Shown piece after piece: positions 11,077-21,138 of a stretch of DNA of 64,000 nt. Made by a program: the position numbers and the translations under genes. How positions within the stretch are numbered: position 1 is the stretch's first letter; each line of letters opens with the position of its first letter. The DNA is from Dehalococcoidia bacterium. Its GTDB lineage: Bacteria > Chloroflexota > Dehalococcoidia > Bin125. Location: positions 448,001 through 512,000 of the forward strand of contig CAXXSR010000002.1 in assembly GCA_963662615.2 (NCBI GenBank). Reading direction: 5' to 3'. The notes under the pieces are model-generated. The model was given only the letters and a program-made list of their open reading frames with translations, was not told the DNA's origin and ran no database searches.

Positions 11077-11098
11077 CTGTTCGGGTAGGAGTCTAGCA
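11070..11098 (-). promoter_or_regulatory. Extended -10 promoter (TGcTAGACT) plus LexA/Cheo-type box CGAACAGATGTTTA over the dnaE start
   Basis: Minus strand reads gtTGcTAGACTcctaccCGAACAGATGTTTAc. The box occupies 11070-11083 and the ATG 11074-11076. Confidence 0.55.
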
Positions 11099-11150
11099 AC
11101 GGTCGTGCCGTCGCTGTCAGGGCTTATGCAGTGAGGCGCCGGCCAGCCGC

Positions 11151-12401
11151 TCAGGCGCGGCTGGGGACCGGCTCGTCGAGCTGGAAGGCGGCGTGGAGGA
11201 CGCGCACGGCCTCCGCCGCCACGTCTTGGTGGACCAGGGCGGTGATGCGGATCTCGCTGGTGGTGATCAGCTCAATGTTGATCGTGGCGTCGGCCAGGGC
11301 CCGGAACATGGTGGCGGCGTAGCCCACCCCGGACTGCATGCCAGTGCCCACGACGCTCACTTTGGCGAGGTGCTCGTCAACGATGACCGCCCCGGCGTTT
11401 ATCTCCGCGGCGACGCCCTGGACGATCTCGATTGCGCGCGCTTTCTGATCGCGGTAGATGCTGAAGGTGAGGTCGGTGAGCCGCTCCACGCTGGCGTTCT
11501 GGACGATGGTGTCCACGACGATGCCGGCGTCGGCGAGGGGGCCGAACAGTTGCGCGGCGATGCCGGGGCGGTCGGGCACGGCGCGCACGGTCACAGCGGC
11601 GACGTCGCCGTCCAGCGCCACGCCGCGTACGCGATTCTCGGGCTCCATCTCCACCTGCCTGCGAATCAAGGTACCGGGCTCGCTCTCCTTGAAGGAAGAG
11701 GCGACCAGGATGGGCAGGTCATAGAGCAGTCCCAACTCCACCGCGCGTGGATGCACAACGCCGGCTCCCTGTGAGGCCAGCTCCAGCATCTCCTCGTAGG
11801 TGAGATCGTGCAGCTTGCGCGCCCGCGGCGCAATTCGCGGGTCGGCGCTGAAGACGCCGTCCACGTCCGTGTAGATCTCGGCGCGTTCCGCTCCTAACGC
11901 GGCGGCCAGGGCGACGGCGGAGGTGTCGGATCCGCCCCGGCCCAAGGTGGTGAAGTCCTGGTCCGGGCTGATCCCCTGGAAGCCGGCGATGATGACAACG
12001 TGTTCGCGTTCCAGCTCGACACTGATGCGGTCGGCGTTGACGCGGGTGATGCGCGCGCGATTGAACGTGTCGTCGGTGTAGACGCCGGCTTGGGCGCCGG
12101 TGAGGCCGATGGCGGGATGGCCGAGATCGCGCAGCGCCATGGCCAGCAGGGCGACGCTGACCATCTCTCCGCTGGCCAGGAGCATGTCGTAGTCGCGCCC
12201 TTCGGGATGGGGCGTGATCTGGCGCGCCAGCGCCACCAACTCGTCCGTGGTCGTGCCCATGGCGGAGACGACCACAACGACCTGGTCGCCGCCCTCCGCG
12301 CGTCGCGCGATCCGCCGCGCCACCCGGCGCAGATGTTCGGTATCGGCGACGCTGCTGCCGCCGTATTTCTGGACGACGGGCGGAGTCTCTGCGGCGGCCA
12401 T
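11151..12401 (-). CDS. lysC: Aspartate kinase
   Basis: VVQKYGGSS, VVVSAMG.TTD, TTLGRGGSDTSA, two ACT domains; start taken at MAAAETPP. Confidence 0.96.
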   Translation of the reverse strand: MAAAETPPVVQKYGGSSVADTEHLRRVARRIARRAEGGDQVVVVVSAMGTTTDELVALARQITPHPEGRDYDMLLASGEMVSVALLAMALRDLGHPAIGLTGAQAGVYTDDTFNRARITRVNADRISVELEREHVVIIAGFQGISPDQDFTTLGRGGSDTSAVALAAALGAERAEIYTDVDGVFSADPRIAPRARKLHDLTYEEMLELASQGAGVVHPRAVELGLLYDLPILVASSFKESEPGTLIRRQVEMEPENRVRGVALDGDVAAVTVRAVPDRPGIAAQLFGPLADAGIVVDTIVQNASVERLTDLTFSIYRDQKARAIEIVQGVAAEINAGAVIVDEHLAKVSVVGTGMQSGVGYAATMFRALADATINIELITTSEIRITALVHQDVAAEAVRVLHAAFQLDEPVPSRA

Positions 12402-12426
12402 CTGCTTGGGCGTTCCCCTCCCGGCC

Positions 12427-13356
12427 CTAGCGGGAAGCCGTGACGATCTCGGCGCCCCGGCCGCACGGCGACACGACGAAGGCTCTGCCAGCCAGGCCGA
12501 GGGCGTCGGCGGCGCCTGCGAGGGCGATGCTGACGGGCTCCGCCCGCGCGCTGTCGCTGAGGGCCATGACGGTGGAGCCGCCTCCCGAGAGGTAAGCACA
12601 GTACGCCCCTGCCTCCGTGGCCGCCAGGAACAGGTCGTACATCTGGGGGAAGAGCTTGCTGCGGGCGGGCTGATGCAGGCGATCGTCGGTGGAGACTTGC
12701 AGGGCGTCCCAGCGCCCCGTTGCCAGGGCGGCCACGAGGAGCGCCGCACGACTGCTGTTGTGGACGGCGTCGGCGCGGCTCAGGCGTTTGGGCAAGAGCG
12801 GGCGGGTCTGTGCCGTGGGCATGGAGAAGTCCGGCGTGAACCCGGCACAGCGCAGGTCCGGGGAGATCGGCACGGCGACCCGCGCCACCGTCAGGGCGCC
12901 GGCGCCGTCCTCCGCCAGCGCCACCACCTGGAGCCCTCCGAAGAGAGCCGGCGCCATATTGTCGGCGTGCCCCTCCTTGTCCGTGCGTCCCTCCAGCGCG
13001 GTCCCCAGTTGCAGCAGGGTCTGGTCGTTGAGGAGGCCGCCCATCAAAGCGTTGGCGCCCACGAGACCGCCCGCGCGGGCGGCGGCGCTCGCGCCCAGCC
13101 CGCGCCCGACGGGGAATTCGCTCTCGACTTCGATATCGAGGCCGCGCGGGGGCGGCTGCTCAGCGTGTTTGTAGGCGGCCTGCGCCGCTCCGGCCACCAT
13201 GCGACGCCAGGGCTCCGGCCGCCGCCGGGGGCTTCCGTCGTGGAGGGTGAGCGTGACGTCCGCGAACAGCGAGAGGGCGAGCCCCACGGCGTCGAAGCCG
13301 GTCCCCAAATTCGCACTGGACGCGGGCACGCGGACGGTGACGGATTGCGCGAGCAT
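12427..13356 (-). CDS. thrB: Homoserine kinase
   Basis: VPASSANLGTGFD, PVGRGLGASAA (GHMP motif), EGHADN, DRLHQP.R, LSGGGST. Confidence 0.93.
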   Translation of the reverse strand: MLAQSVTVRVPASSANLGTGFDAVGLALSLFADVTLTLHDGSPRRRPEPWRRMVAGAAQAAYKHAEQPPPRGLDIEVESEFPVGRGLGASAAARAGGLVGANALMGGLLNDQTLLQLGTALEGRTDKEGHADNMAPALFGGLQVVALAEDGAGALTVARVAVPISPDLRCAGFTPDFSMPTAQTRPLLPKRLSRADAVHNSSRAALLVAALATGRWDALQVSTDDRLHQPARSKLFPQMYDLFLAATEAGAYCAYLSGGGSTVMALSDSARAEPVSIALAGAADALGLAGRAFVVSPCGRGAEIVTASR

Positions 13357-13607
13357 GCAGCGGGGCGGGCCTCCTGCTGAGTCTATGACCGCCCGCAACG
13401 AGCGTCCATGAACCGAGCCTGATCACGGCTCCACGGTCGCGCGGGGAGATGGCCCGCGCTCGACGATACACTGGACGCCGGCGCCGCGGACGCTCGCTGC
13501 CGTGACGCATGCGGGCGGAAGCGTATTGCAATTCGCAAGGGTCAAGGGAAGGGCGCGTCCGCGTGGCCTGATTGTTATGCTCGGGACGCGGAGAGGACTG
13601 AGACGAC

Positions 13608-14789
13608 ATGGACGAGGTCGTGATCATCAGCGGGGTGCGGACCGCAATCGGCGCATTCGGCGGCGGCTTCACGGAGACCGGCGCCGCGGAGCTGGGGTCG
13701 GTGGTGATCAAGGAGGCGGTCCAACGCGCCGGTATTGCGCCGGCGCAGGTGGATCAGGTGATCATGGGCTGTGCCGGCCAGTTCGGCGAAGACGCCTACG
13801 TTGCCCGCACGGCGGCGCTGGGAGCCGGCCTGCCGAATACGGTCCCGGCCTACACAGTGAACCGGCTCTGCGCCAGCGGCCTGGAGGCGATCAACGCGGC
13901 GGCCCGCTGGATTGAGACCGGCGACGCGGAGATCGTGGTCGCCGGCGGGACGGAAAACATGAGCCGCTATCCCTACCTGCTCCCAGATGCGCGCTGGGGT
14001 ACGCGCATGGGGGACCGCACCTTGCAGGACGGGCTCACCCAGATCCTCAGCGACCCGTTCCACCGCTATCACATGGGCGTCACCGCCGAGAACCTGGTAG
14101 AGCGCTGGAGCCTCTCGCGGGAGGAGATGGACGAGCACGCGCTGCAGAGCCACCAGCGGGCCGTCGCCGCGATCGATGCGGGGCGCTTCCAGGAGCAGAC
14201 CGTCGCTGTCGAAGCGCGCAAGGGGCGCAAGACGCAGGTCATTGACGTGGACGAGCACCCGCGCCGGGACGCGACTCTGGAAGGGATGGCGGCGTTGCGG
14301 CCGGCCTTTCAGCGCGACGGCGAGGTGACGGCCGGAAACGCCAGCGGCATCAACGACGGCGCCGCCGCGGTGGTGCTGACGACGGCGGAGAAGGCGGCCG
14401 AGTTGGGGTTGAAACCGTCGCTGCGGCTGGTCGGGCGGGCCAATGCGGGCGTCGATCCAGCCATCATGGGCACCGGCCCAATTCCGGCCACCCAACAGGT
14501 GCTGGCGCGCACGGGACTGAGCGCGGACGACATGGACGTCATTGAACTGAATGAGGCGTTCTCCTCGGTGGCGCTGGTGTGCGCGCGGGAGCTGGGGCTT
14601 GACTCCGAGAAGACGAACCCGAATGGCGGCGCGGTGGCAATGGGCCATCCGGTGGGCGCAACCGGCGCCATCCTCACCGTGAAGACGCTCTACGAGCTTG
14701 AACGGACGGGCGGGAAGTACGGGCTGGTGACCTTGTGCGTCGGCGGCGGCCAGGGGATCGCCAGCATCTTCGAGCGCGTCTCGGCCTGA
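13608..14789 (+). CDS. Acetyl-CoA C-acyltransferase (thiolase)
   Basis: NRLCASG, NEAF, GHPVGATG, TLCVGGGQG catalytic motifs. Confidence 0.96.
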   Translation: MDEVVIISGVRTAIGAFGGGFTETGAAELGSVVIKEAVQRAGIAPAQVDQVIMGCAGQFGEDAYVARTAALGAGLPNTVPAYTVNRLCASGLEAINAAARWIETGDAEIVVAGGTENMSRYPYLLPDARWGTRMGDRTLQDGLTQILSDPFHRYHMGVTAENLVERWSLSREEMDEHALQSHQRAVAAIDAGRFQEQTVAVEARKGRKTQVIDVDEHPRRDATLEGMAALRPAFQRDGEVTAGNASGINDGAAAVVLTTAEKAAELGLKPSLRLVGRANAGVDPAIMGTGPIPATQQVLARTGLSADDMDVIELNEAFSSVALVCARELGLDSEKTNPNGGAVAMGHPVGATGAILTVKTLYELERTGGKYGLVTLCVGGGQGIASIFERVSA

Positions 14790-14796
14790 GGGGCTG

Positions 14797-15441
14797 CTAG
14801 CGCCCGGCCTCGTCCATGCGGTAGCCCAGGCGCTGCAGTCGGGGCGCGATGTGCGCCCACGCCGCCGCGACGACCTCGGGCAGCGGGCTCATTGCGTCGA
14901 GCGTCTTCACGCGCTCCGGCTCCGCCAAGGCGATGCGCTTGTACCCCTCCAGCACGCGGCTGTGGAAGTCGACGGTCTCGAGGCCGATGCGATCCCGCCG
15001 CTCGGGGCGCGCCCGCGCCAGAGCGACGCCGGCAGGGACGTCCAGGAACAGCGTGAGGTTGGGCAGAAGGCCGCCGCCGGCCTGCCGATTCATGGCTCGC
15101 AGCAGGTCAAGGTCCAGCTCCCGGCCGTAGCCCTGGTAGGCGAAGGTGGAGTCCAGGTAGCGATCACAGATGACGACGGCGCCGCGGGCGAGGGCGGGAC
15201 GGATCACCTGGTCCACGTGGTGGGCGCGGTCGGCCAGAAAGAGGAACGTCTCGGTCCAGGGGGCGATGGGCTCATCGTTTTGCAGCAGCTGCTCGCGCAG
15301 CGCCGCGCCCAGCGGCGTGGCTCCCGGCTCGAACGTGCGGACCACTTCCGCCCCGCAGCGCTCCGCTTGTTCGGCGAGCGCGCGCACCAGCTCCGTCTTC
15401 CCGGCGCCTTCGCCGCCTTCGGCGGAGATGAAGAGGGCCAC
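14797..15441 (-). CDS. tmk: Thymidylate kinase
   Basis: EGGEGAGKT P-loop, FEPG, DRYLDSTFAYQGYGR. Confidence 0.95.
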   Translation of the reverse strand: MALFISAEGGEGAGKTELVRALAEQAERCGAEVVRTFEPGATPLGAALREQLLQNDEPIAPWTETFLFLADRAHHVDQVIRPALARGAVVICDRYLDSTFAYQGYGRELDLDLLRAMNRQAGGGLLPNLTLFLDVPAGVALARARPERRDRIGLETVDFHSRVLEGYKRIALAEPERVKTLDAMSPLPEVVAAAWAHIAPRLQRLGYRMDEAGR

Positions 15442-15478
15442 GACCTGATGCCGGTCCGTTCGTCTGGGCTGGTGCGTC

Positions 15479-17125
15479 TTAGCTCTTGAAGAGCCGAACG
15501 CGCCGGTAGGGCTCGCGGCCCTTGCTCGTGGAGAACAGATCGTAGCGTTGTGCCAGCTGGTGCTGGAGCCGCCGGATATAGGCGTTCTGCGGATTCAGCT
15601 CCACGGCGGCGCGGCCGCCGCGGTTCAGCTGCTCCACGGCATCTTCCGCCTCCGCCAGGGCCGCCTTGACGGGATCAAACTGGCCCATTCCCCGGGCGAG
15701 GGCGCGCAGGCTCTGCTCCATCTGCAAGACGGCGTTGTGCTTGAGGACGAAGATGGGCAGCCCCTGCGCTTCGGCGTCGCGGATGGGGCCGGAACGGCGG
15801 CGGAAGATGGAACGCAAGGTCATCACGGCGTCGGCATCCTCCAGCTGCGGGACGACGGAGGCGTTGACGCCGGACTCCCGAATGGCCTCCGCTAGCCGCT
15901 CGGGCGAGACGCCGAAGGGATAGATGCGGCGGTGAGGCCCAGGCGCCAGCGTCGCGGGGGTGGGATGGGCGCCCAGCTCCAGGGCCGGCCCATGCTCCAG
16001 CGATGGGGGCAGCGCCGCCGCATTCCCCTGGGCCTCGTGGACGTTGCCGTCCTCGTCGATCTCGCGGACGGTGGGAGGGACGGACTCACCACGCAAGAGA
16101 GAGTCGATGGTGAGGGCCACGCTCTCTTGAATGGAGACGCGCGTGAACGACTGGATCTCCACGAGGCTGTCGAAGGTGGGTGGCGCCTTGCGCTCCAGGA
16201 CCGACTTGCGCGTCCCGCGTCGTCGCGCCTCTTCGTCGGACAGAGTGACGGTCTGAATGCCGCCGACGAGATCGGCGAGGGTGGGGTTCATGATCAGGTT
16301 CGTAAGCGTGTTGCCGTGGGCGGTCGCCACCAACTGCACTCCCCGCTCAGCGATGGTTCGCGCCGCCCGCGCCTCCATCTCCGTGCCGATCTCATCGATG
16401 ATGATGACCTCCGGCATGTGATTTTCGACGGCCTCAACCATGACGCCGTGCTGGAGCGTGGGCGTGGGCACCTGCATGCGGCGGGCCCGTCCGATGCCGG
16501 GGTGGGGGATGTCGCCGTCGCCGGCGATCTCGTTGGAAGTGTCCACGATGATCACGCGCCGGCCGCGTTCGGAGAGGACCCGAGCGACCTCTCGCAGCAT
16601 GGTGGTCTTGCCCACACCGGGATGGCCCAGCAAGAGGATGCTGTCGCCGGAGTGGACCAGGTCCGCAATGACCGTGACGGAGCCGTAGACGGCGCGGCCG
16701 ACCCGGAGCGTCAATCCCACAACGTCGCCGGCGCGGTTGCGAATGCAGGAGATGCGATGCAGGGTGCGGGCGATGCCGGCGCGATTGTCCCCGCCAAAGT
16801 CGCCCAGGCTGCGCACCACCGTGTGCAGGTCCGATTTGGTCACGTCGCTGTCGCCCAGCTGCACCTCGCGGTCCGGATAGCGCGCGGCAGGGGCGCGGCC
16901 CAGGTCCATGACGACTTCCAGGAGCGCGGAGTTGTCACCTTGCCCCTCGACGGCGTCGCGGATCGGTGTGGGCAGGGTGGAAAGGAGCAGATCGAGGTCG
17001 TCGGTGATGGTGTGCGGCGACGCTTCCTCAGCCGACGTGGGAGCGACCGAGGCGTCCGCTGCGAACCAGGCGTCGTCTCCACCTCTGTCCGTCTGGGCTG
17101 GGGTGATGGGGCTTCTCTCTTGCAT
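15479..17125 (-). CDS. AAA ATPase with C-terminal R3H domain (SpoIIIAA/Ycf45-like)
   Basis: GHPGVGKTT, DTSNEIAGDGD, IIIDEIG, ATAHG; R3H motif YIRRLQH at the C-terminus. Confidence 0.88.
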   Translation of the reverse strand: MQERSPITPAQTDRGGDDAWFAADASVAPTSAEEASPHTITDDLDLLLSTLPTPIRDAVEGQGDNSALLEVVMDLGRAPAARYPDREVQLGDSDVTKSDLHTVVRSLGDFGGDNRAGIARTLHRISCIRNRAGDVVGLTLRVGRAVYGSVTVIADLVHSGDSILLLGHPGVGKTTMLREVARVLSERGRRVIIVDTSNEIAGDGDIPHPGIGRARRMQVPTPTLQHGVMVEAVENHMPEVIIIDEIGTEMEARAARTIAERGVQLVATAHGNTLTNLIMNPTLADLVGGIQTVTLSDEEARRRGTRKSVLERKAPPTFDSLVEIQSFTRVSIQESVALTIDSLLRGESVPPTVREIDEDGNVHEAQGNAAALPPSLEHGPALELGAHPTPATLAPGPHRRIYPFGVSPERLAEAIRESGVNASVVPQLEDADAVMTLRSIFRRRSGPIRDAEAQGLPIFVLKHNAVLQMEQSLRALARGMGQFDPVKAALAEAEDAVEQLNRGGRAAVELNPQNAYIRRLQHQLAQRYDLFSTSKGREPYRRVRLFKS

Positions 17126-17137
17126 TCGGTAGGCCCG

Positions 17138-18109
17138 TTACTGGATGGCGGGCCGGACGCTTCCTTTCACGGCGCGCTCAGCCAATTGCAGGCGCCGGGC
17201 GCGCTGGGCGATGGGCCGCACCAGCAAGACGTACGTCGCCACGGGCTCCATGGCAATGGCGGCGGCGGTGTGCATGGTGGACACGGCGTAGTTGGGCACC
17301 AAGATCTGCAGGGGGCGCTCCTTGCGGGCGTGGGCGTGGGCGAGCGCCAGCGCCGCGTTGACGGTCTGCGGACGGCCGTCGGTGAGGACGCTGACGCGCG
17401 ATCCGTCGGCCGCACGGCCGAGCCGGACCAGCGCGGCGGCGGCGCCGGCGTCATCTGAGGGCAGGACCCACTCGGCCCCGTTCCTGCCCAGGGGCTCCAG
17501 GGCGGCGCGCCACTCGGCCGGGGCCAAGGCGGTTTGCCAGCGGACCTCTTGGGGGACGGCCTGGGAGTAGAGGCGGAAGAGGGCGTCGTCGTCGGCGCGG
17601 ATGCGCCGTCGGGCGCGCTGCGGCGGCGTGTCCATAGGCAGTGTGTCCATGGGCAGTGGCTGGGAGGCGCCGAAGAGCGTCTCCTCCGTCACGACGACGA
17701 AGCCGTGACGCCGCGCCTGCTCCAGGGCGGGGCTTGCTGTGGAGAGGCGAAGGAAGAGCCGGTGGGCGCCGTCGGAGCCGGCGGTGGCGACGGCGCGGTC
17801 GAGCAGATCCAGGAGGAATGCCTCGTTGGGGGCGGTGGTGATCAGGGTGTCGATCTCCCAGGCGCTGCGACCGCCGCGTCGACGCAGCGCGGCGACGCCG
17901 AGCAGCGTGGCGCCGTCGCGCGCAACCCAGATTTGGCGCTGGTGGCCGGGCAGGAGGCAAGCGCGCAGCAGTCGCAGGGGACCGGGTCGCAGGCCGTGGG
18001 ACGCTTGGCCGTGCTCAAAGGTGACCGCCTGGTTGGGATAGACGCGGCGGCTATGCAGGGCCAGGACCGGCAGATCGATGAGCCCAAGCGTGCGGATGGA
18101 ATCGGTCAT
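17138..18109 (-). CDS. Hypothetical protein with a probable GNAT-like fold
   Basis: ATG overlaps the pdxT stop (ATGA). WVA....LLGVA..R, WEIDTL and A...RLFL.....A..A...GF resemble GNAT motifs. Confidence 0.65.
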   Translation of the reverse strand: MTDSIRTLGLIDLPVLALHSRRVYPNQAVTFEHGQASHGLRPGPLRLLRACLLPGHQRQIWVARDGATLLGVAALRRRGGRSAWEIDTLITTAPNEAFLLDLLDRAVATAGSDGAHRLFLRLSTASPALEQARRHGFVVVTEETLFGASQPLPMDTLPMDTPPQRARRRIRADDDALFRLYSQAVPQEVRWQTALAPAEWRAALEPLGRNGAEWVLPSDDAGAAAALVRLGRAADGSRVSVLTDGRPQTVNAALALAHAHARKERPLQILVPNYAVSTMHTAAAIAMEPVATYVLLVRPIAQRARRLQLAERAVKGSVRPAIQ

Positions 18110-18729
18110 CCGGCGCGCACTTCTGGGACTGGCGCCGTGGCGCGCGCGCGGGCCACACACTCCTGCACAAAGTAGGCGTGGAGGCGGCGGTCCGCTGTGA
18201 GTTCCGGGTGGAAGGTGGTGGCGAGGAGTGCGCCATAGCGCACGGCGACCGGCTCTCCATGCAGCTCCATCAGCACGTCCACGCCCTCTCCCACGGCGCG
18301 AATGCGGGGGGCGCGAATGAAGACCGCGTGGTAGGGCGTAGGCCCTAGAGCTGGGGCCGGGAGGTCGGCCTCGAACGAATCGATCTGGCGGCCGAAGGCG
18401 TTTCGTTCGACCGTCATGGGCAGCAGGCCCAGCGCGGGCCGGTCCAGGCCGCGGGCGTCGTCCGCGAGGAGGATGGCGCCGGCACAGGTGCCCCAGATTG
18501 GGAAACGGCGCTCGCCCAGCGCTCGCAGCGGCTCAAAGAGGCCCGAACTGAGCAGGAGGCGGGCGATGGTGGTGCTTTCGCCGCCGGGGATGATGAGACC
18601 CTCCAGATCGGGGGCCTCCAGCTCTCGCGGCGTGCGGATCGGGCGCGTCTCGACGCCGAGGGCCTGCACGCTCGCGGCGTGCTCGCGAAAATCGCCCTGG
18701 AGCGCCAGGATGCCGATCGGTGCCGTCAA
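18106..18729 (-). CDS. pdxT: PLP synthase glutaminase subunit
   Basis: GILALQGDF.EH, PGGEST, GTCAG, RNAFGRQ, FHPE; TTG start after GAGGAG. Confidence 0.96.
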   Translation of the reverse strand: MTAPIGILALQGDFREHAASVQALGVETRPIRTPRELEAPDLEGLIIPGGESTTIARLLLSSGLFEPLRALGERRFPIWGTCAGAILLADDARGLDRPALGLLPMTVERNAFGRQIDSFEADLPAPALGPTPYHAVFIRAPRIRAVGEGVDVLMELHGEPVAVRYGALLATTFHPELTADRRLHAYFVQECVARARATAPVPEVRAG

Positions 18730-18736
18730 AGTCTCC

Positions 18737-19624
<888 letters not shown>

Positions 19625-19710
19625 GGGGATCTCCGCCGCAGATCCAGATGACCGATTCCCCCTGGGTGGGGTCTCCCCGACGCCCTCTGGAGCGCGGTAG
19701 ACATAGTCTA
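19625..19710 (-). promoter_or_regulatory. pdxS -10 element (TAGACT) and structured 5' leader
   Basis: TAGACT at 19705-19710 (minus); two mutually exclusive pairings found by eye (see findings). Confidence 0.4.
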
Positions 19711-19790
19711 ACATCGCCTTCTAAGAATGCCGCCGGTGGGCCAATCCCGCCCCGATCGCGTCCCCGCTCCTCCGTTGCGGAGGCGACCCG

Positions 19791-20975
19791 ATGCTCGATC
19801 TGTTCCTGGTGGGCTCGCTGACGCGTGACCGGGTGTTGCTGCGCGGGCGTCGCTGGTCGCAGCCGGGCGGCGCTCCCTGGCATGCGGGGCTGGCGCTGGG
19901 CCTTTGGGAGGAAGGACAGACTCCGTCGCCGTCTATGCGCCTGACCGCCATCGCGCAGGCCGGTCCCTGGGTGCGGCGGTTCGCGCTGCCCGGCTTGGCG
20001 GCGTCCGGGGTGGCCTGGCACGGCCCCGCGACGGCGTCCGACACGGTATTCGTGAACCGCTACGAAGGCGACGAGCGGCAGCAGCGGCTGCTCTCGCGGG
20101 CGCGCTCCCTGGCGGAAACCGATCTGCCCCCACGCCGGCCCGACGGCGTCATCGTATCGCCGCTCTTTCCCGACGACGTGGCTCTTGACGGGATAGGGCG
20201 CCTGGGCGAGCGGGGCGCCTTTGTAGGCGTGGATGCACAGGGCCTGCTGCGCCGCGTGGATGCGCGGGGACGGGTGCGGACGTCAGCGGCGCGCCTGGCC
20301 GAATCGCCGGCAGGGGCGCAGGCGATCAAGTTCTCGCTGGCGGAGTTTCAAGCCGTCGCGGGCCGCGCCGATTGGCAACAGGCGGCCCGGGAATTCGCGC
20401 GGGCGATGCGGAGTGAAGTGCTGGTCACCTGCGGTTCCGACGGCGCCCTGCTGGCGACTCCCGAGTCGTCCGCGGAGACGAGCGGACTGTCGGTGCGGGG
20501 ACGGGCGGACACGACGGGCGCCGGTGACGTCTTCCTGGCCGGCTACGTCCGGGCTCGCTGTGCCGGGACGGCGCCTGCGGCGGCGGTGGCAGAGGCGTCG
20601 GCAACGGCGCAAGCCCTGCTGCAGCGCCGCCTGACGGCGGCCGCGGACGCCGACGCGATCGTGGCGGAGCTGCGGCAGCTGCACGGGGTGGGGCTGCGAA
20701 TGATCCGTCTCGCCGCCCGCCGTACCGGGGCGCGTTCGGGGGCGAGTGCGCCCTTCGCGACGGACGCGCCTCTGCGCCGCGCGGTGGAAGCGCACCTGGC
20801 ACGACCCGACCGCGACGTCCGGGCAGGGCCGGCCGAGCGCGTGGGCTCCCTGCTGAGCGGCTGCTGGGCGCTGTTCAGCGTGGGCTGGCCGGACGATCCA
20901 CGACTGCGGCCGGAGGCGTTGGCGGCGGCCGTGGCGGGGGAACGCGCGATCCTGGCCCGCGAGCGGACCGGGTAG
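19791..20975 (+). CDS. PfkB/ribokinase-family carbohydrate kinase with C-terminal extension
   Basis: N-terminal VGS...D and PGG; VTCGSDGA; DTTGAGDVFLAGY signature. Confidence 0.8.
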   Translation: MLDLFLVGSLTRDRVLLRGRRWSQPGGAPWHAGLALGLWEEGQTPSPSMRLTAIAQAGPWVRRFALPGLAASGVAWHGPATASDTVFVNRYEGDERQQRLLSRARSLAETDLPPRRPDGVIVSPLFPDDVALDGIGRLGERGAFVGVDAQGLLRRVDARGRVRTSAARLAESPAGAQAIKFSLAEFQAVAGRADWQQAAREFARAMRSEVLVTCGSDGALLATPESSAETSGLSVRGRADTTGAGDVFLAGYVRARCAGTAPAAAVAEASATAQALLQRRLTAAADADAIVAELRQLHGVGLRMIRLAARRTGARSGASAPFATDAPLRRAVEAHLARPDRDVRAGPAERVGSLLSGCWALFSVGWPDDPRLRPEALAAAVAGERAILARERTG

Positions 20976-21138
20976 GGTGCGCGGCGGAACGCCGAGCGGC
21001 CGCAGGGAGGCGCTCCGGTCGTCCCTCCGGAGGGGGTGTCGGCGTGGGCGTCGACCGGGGAGAAACAGGTTCCTATACTCTGTCGATGCGTTCCGGCCGT
21101 CCCGCGGCGGTACGGTGATCGCAAGGAGGTCCCCGCCC

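Noticed and set aside
13526-13538. TTGC-N5-GCAA (T-N11-A) LysR-like site between thrB and thiolase
   Set aside because: Only 4-bp arms; too likely by chance without comparative data.
20976-21138. c-di-AMP riboswitch before USP-trkA-trkA
   Set aside because: Consensus motifs not found; most of the spacer lies upstream of the TATACT -10.
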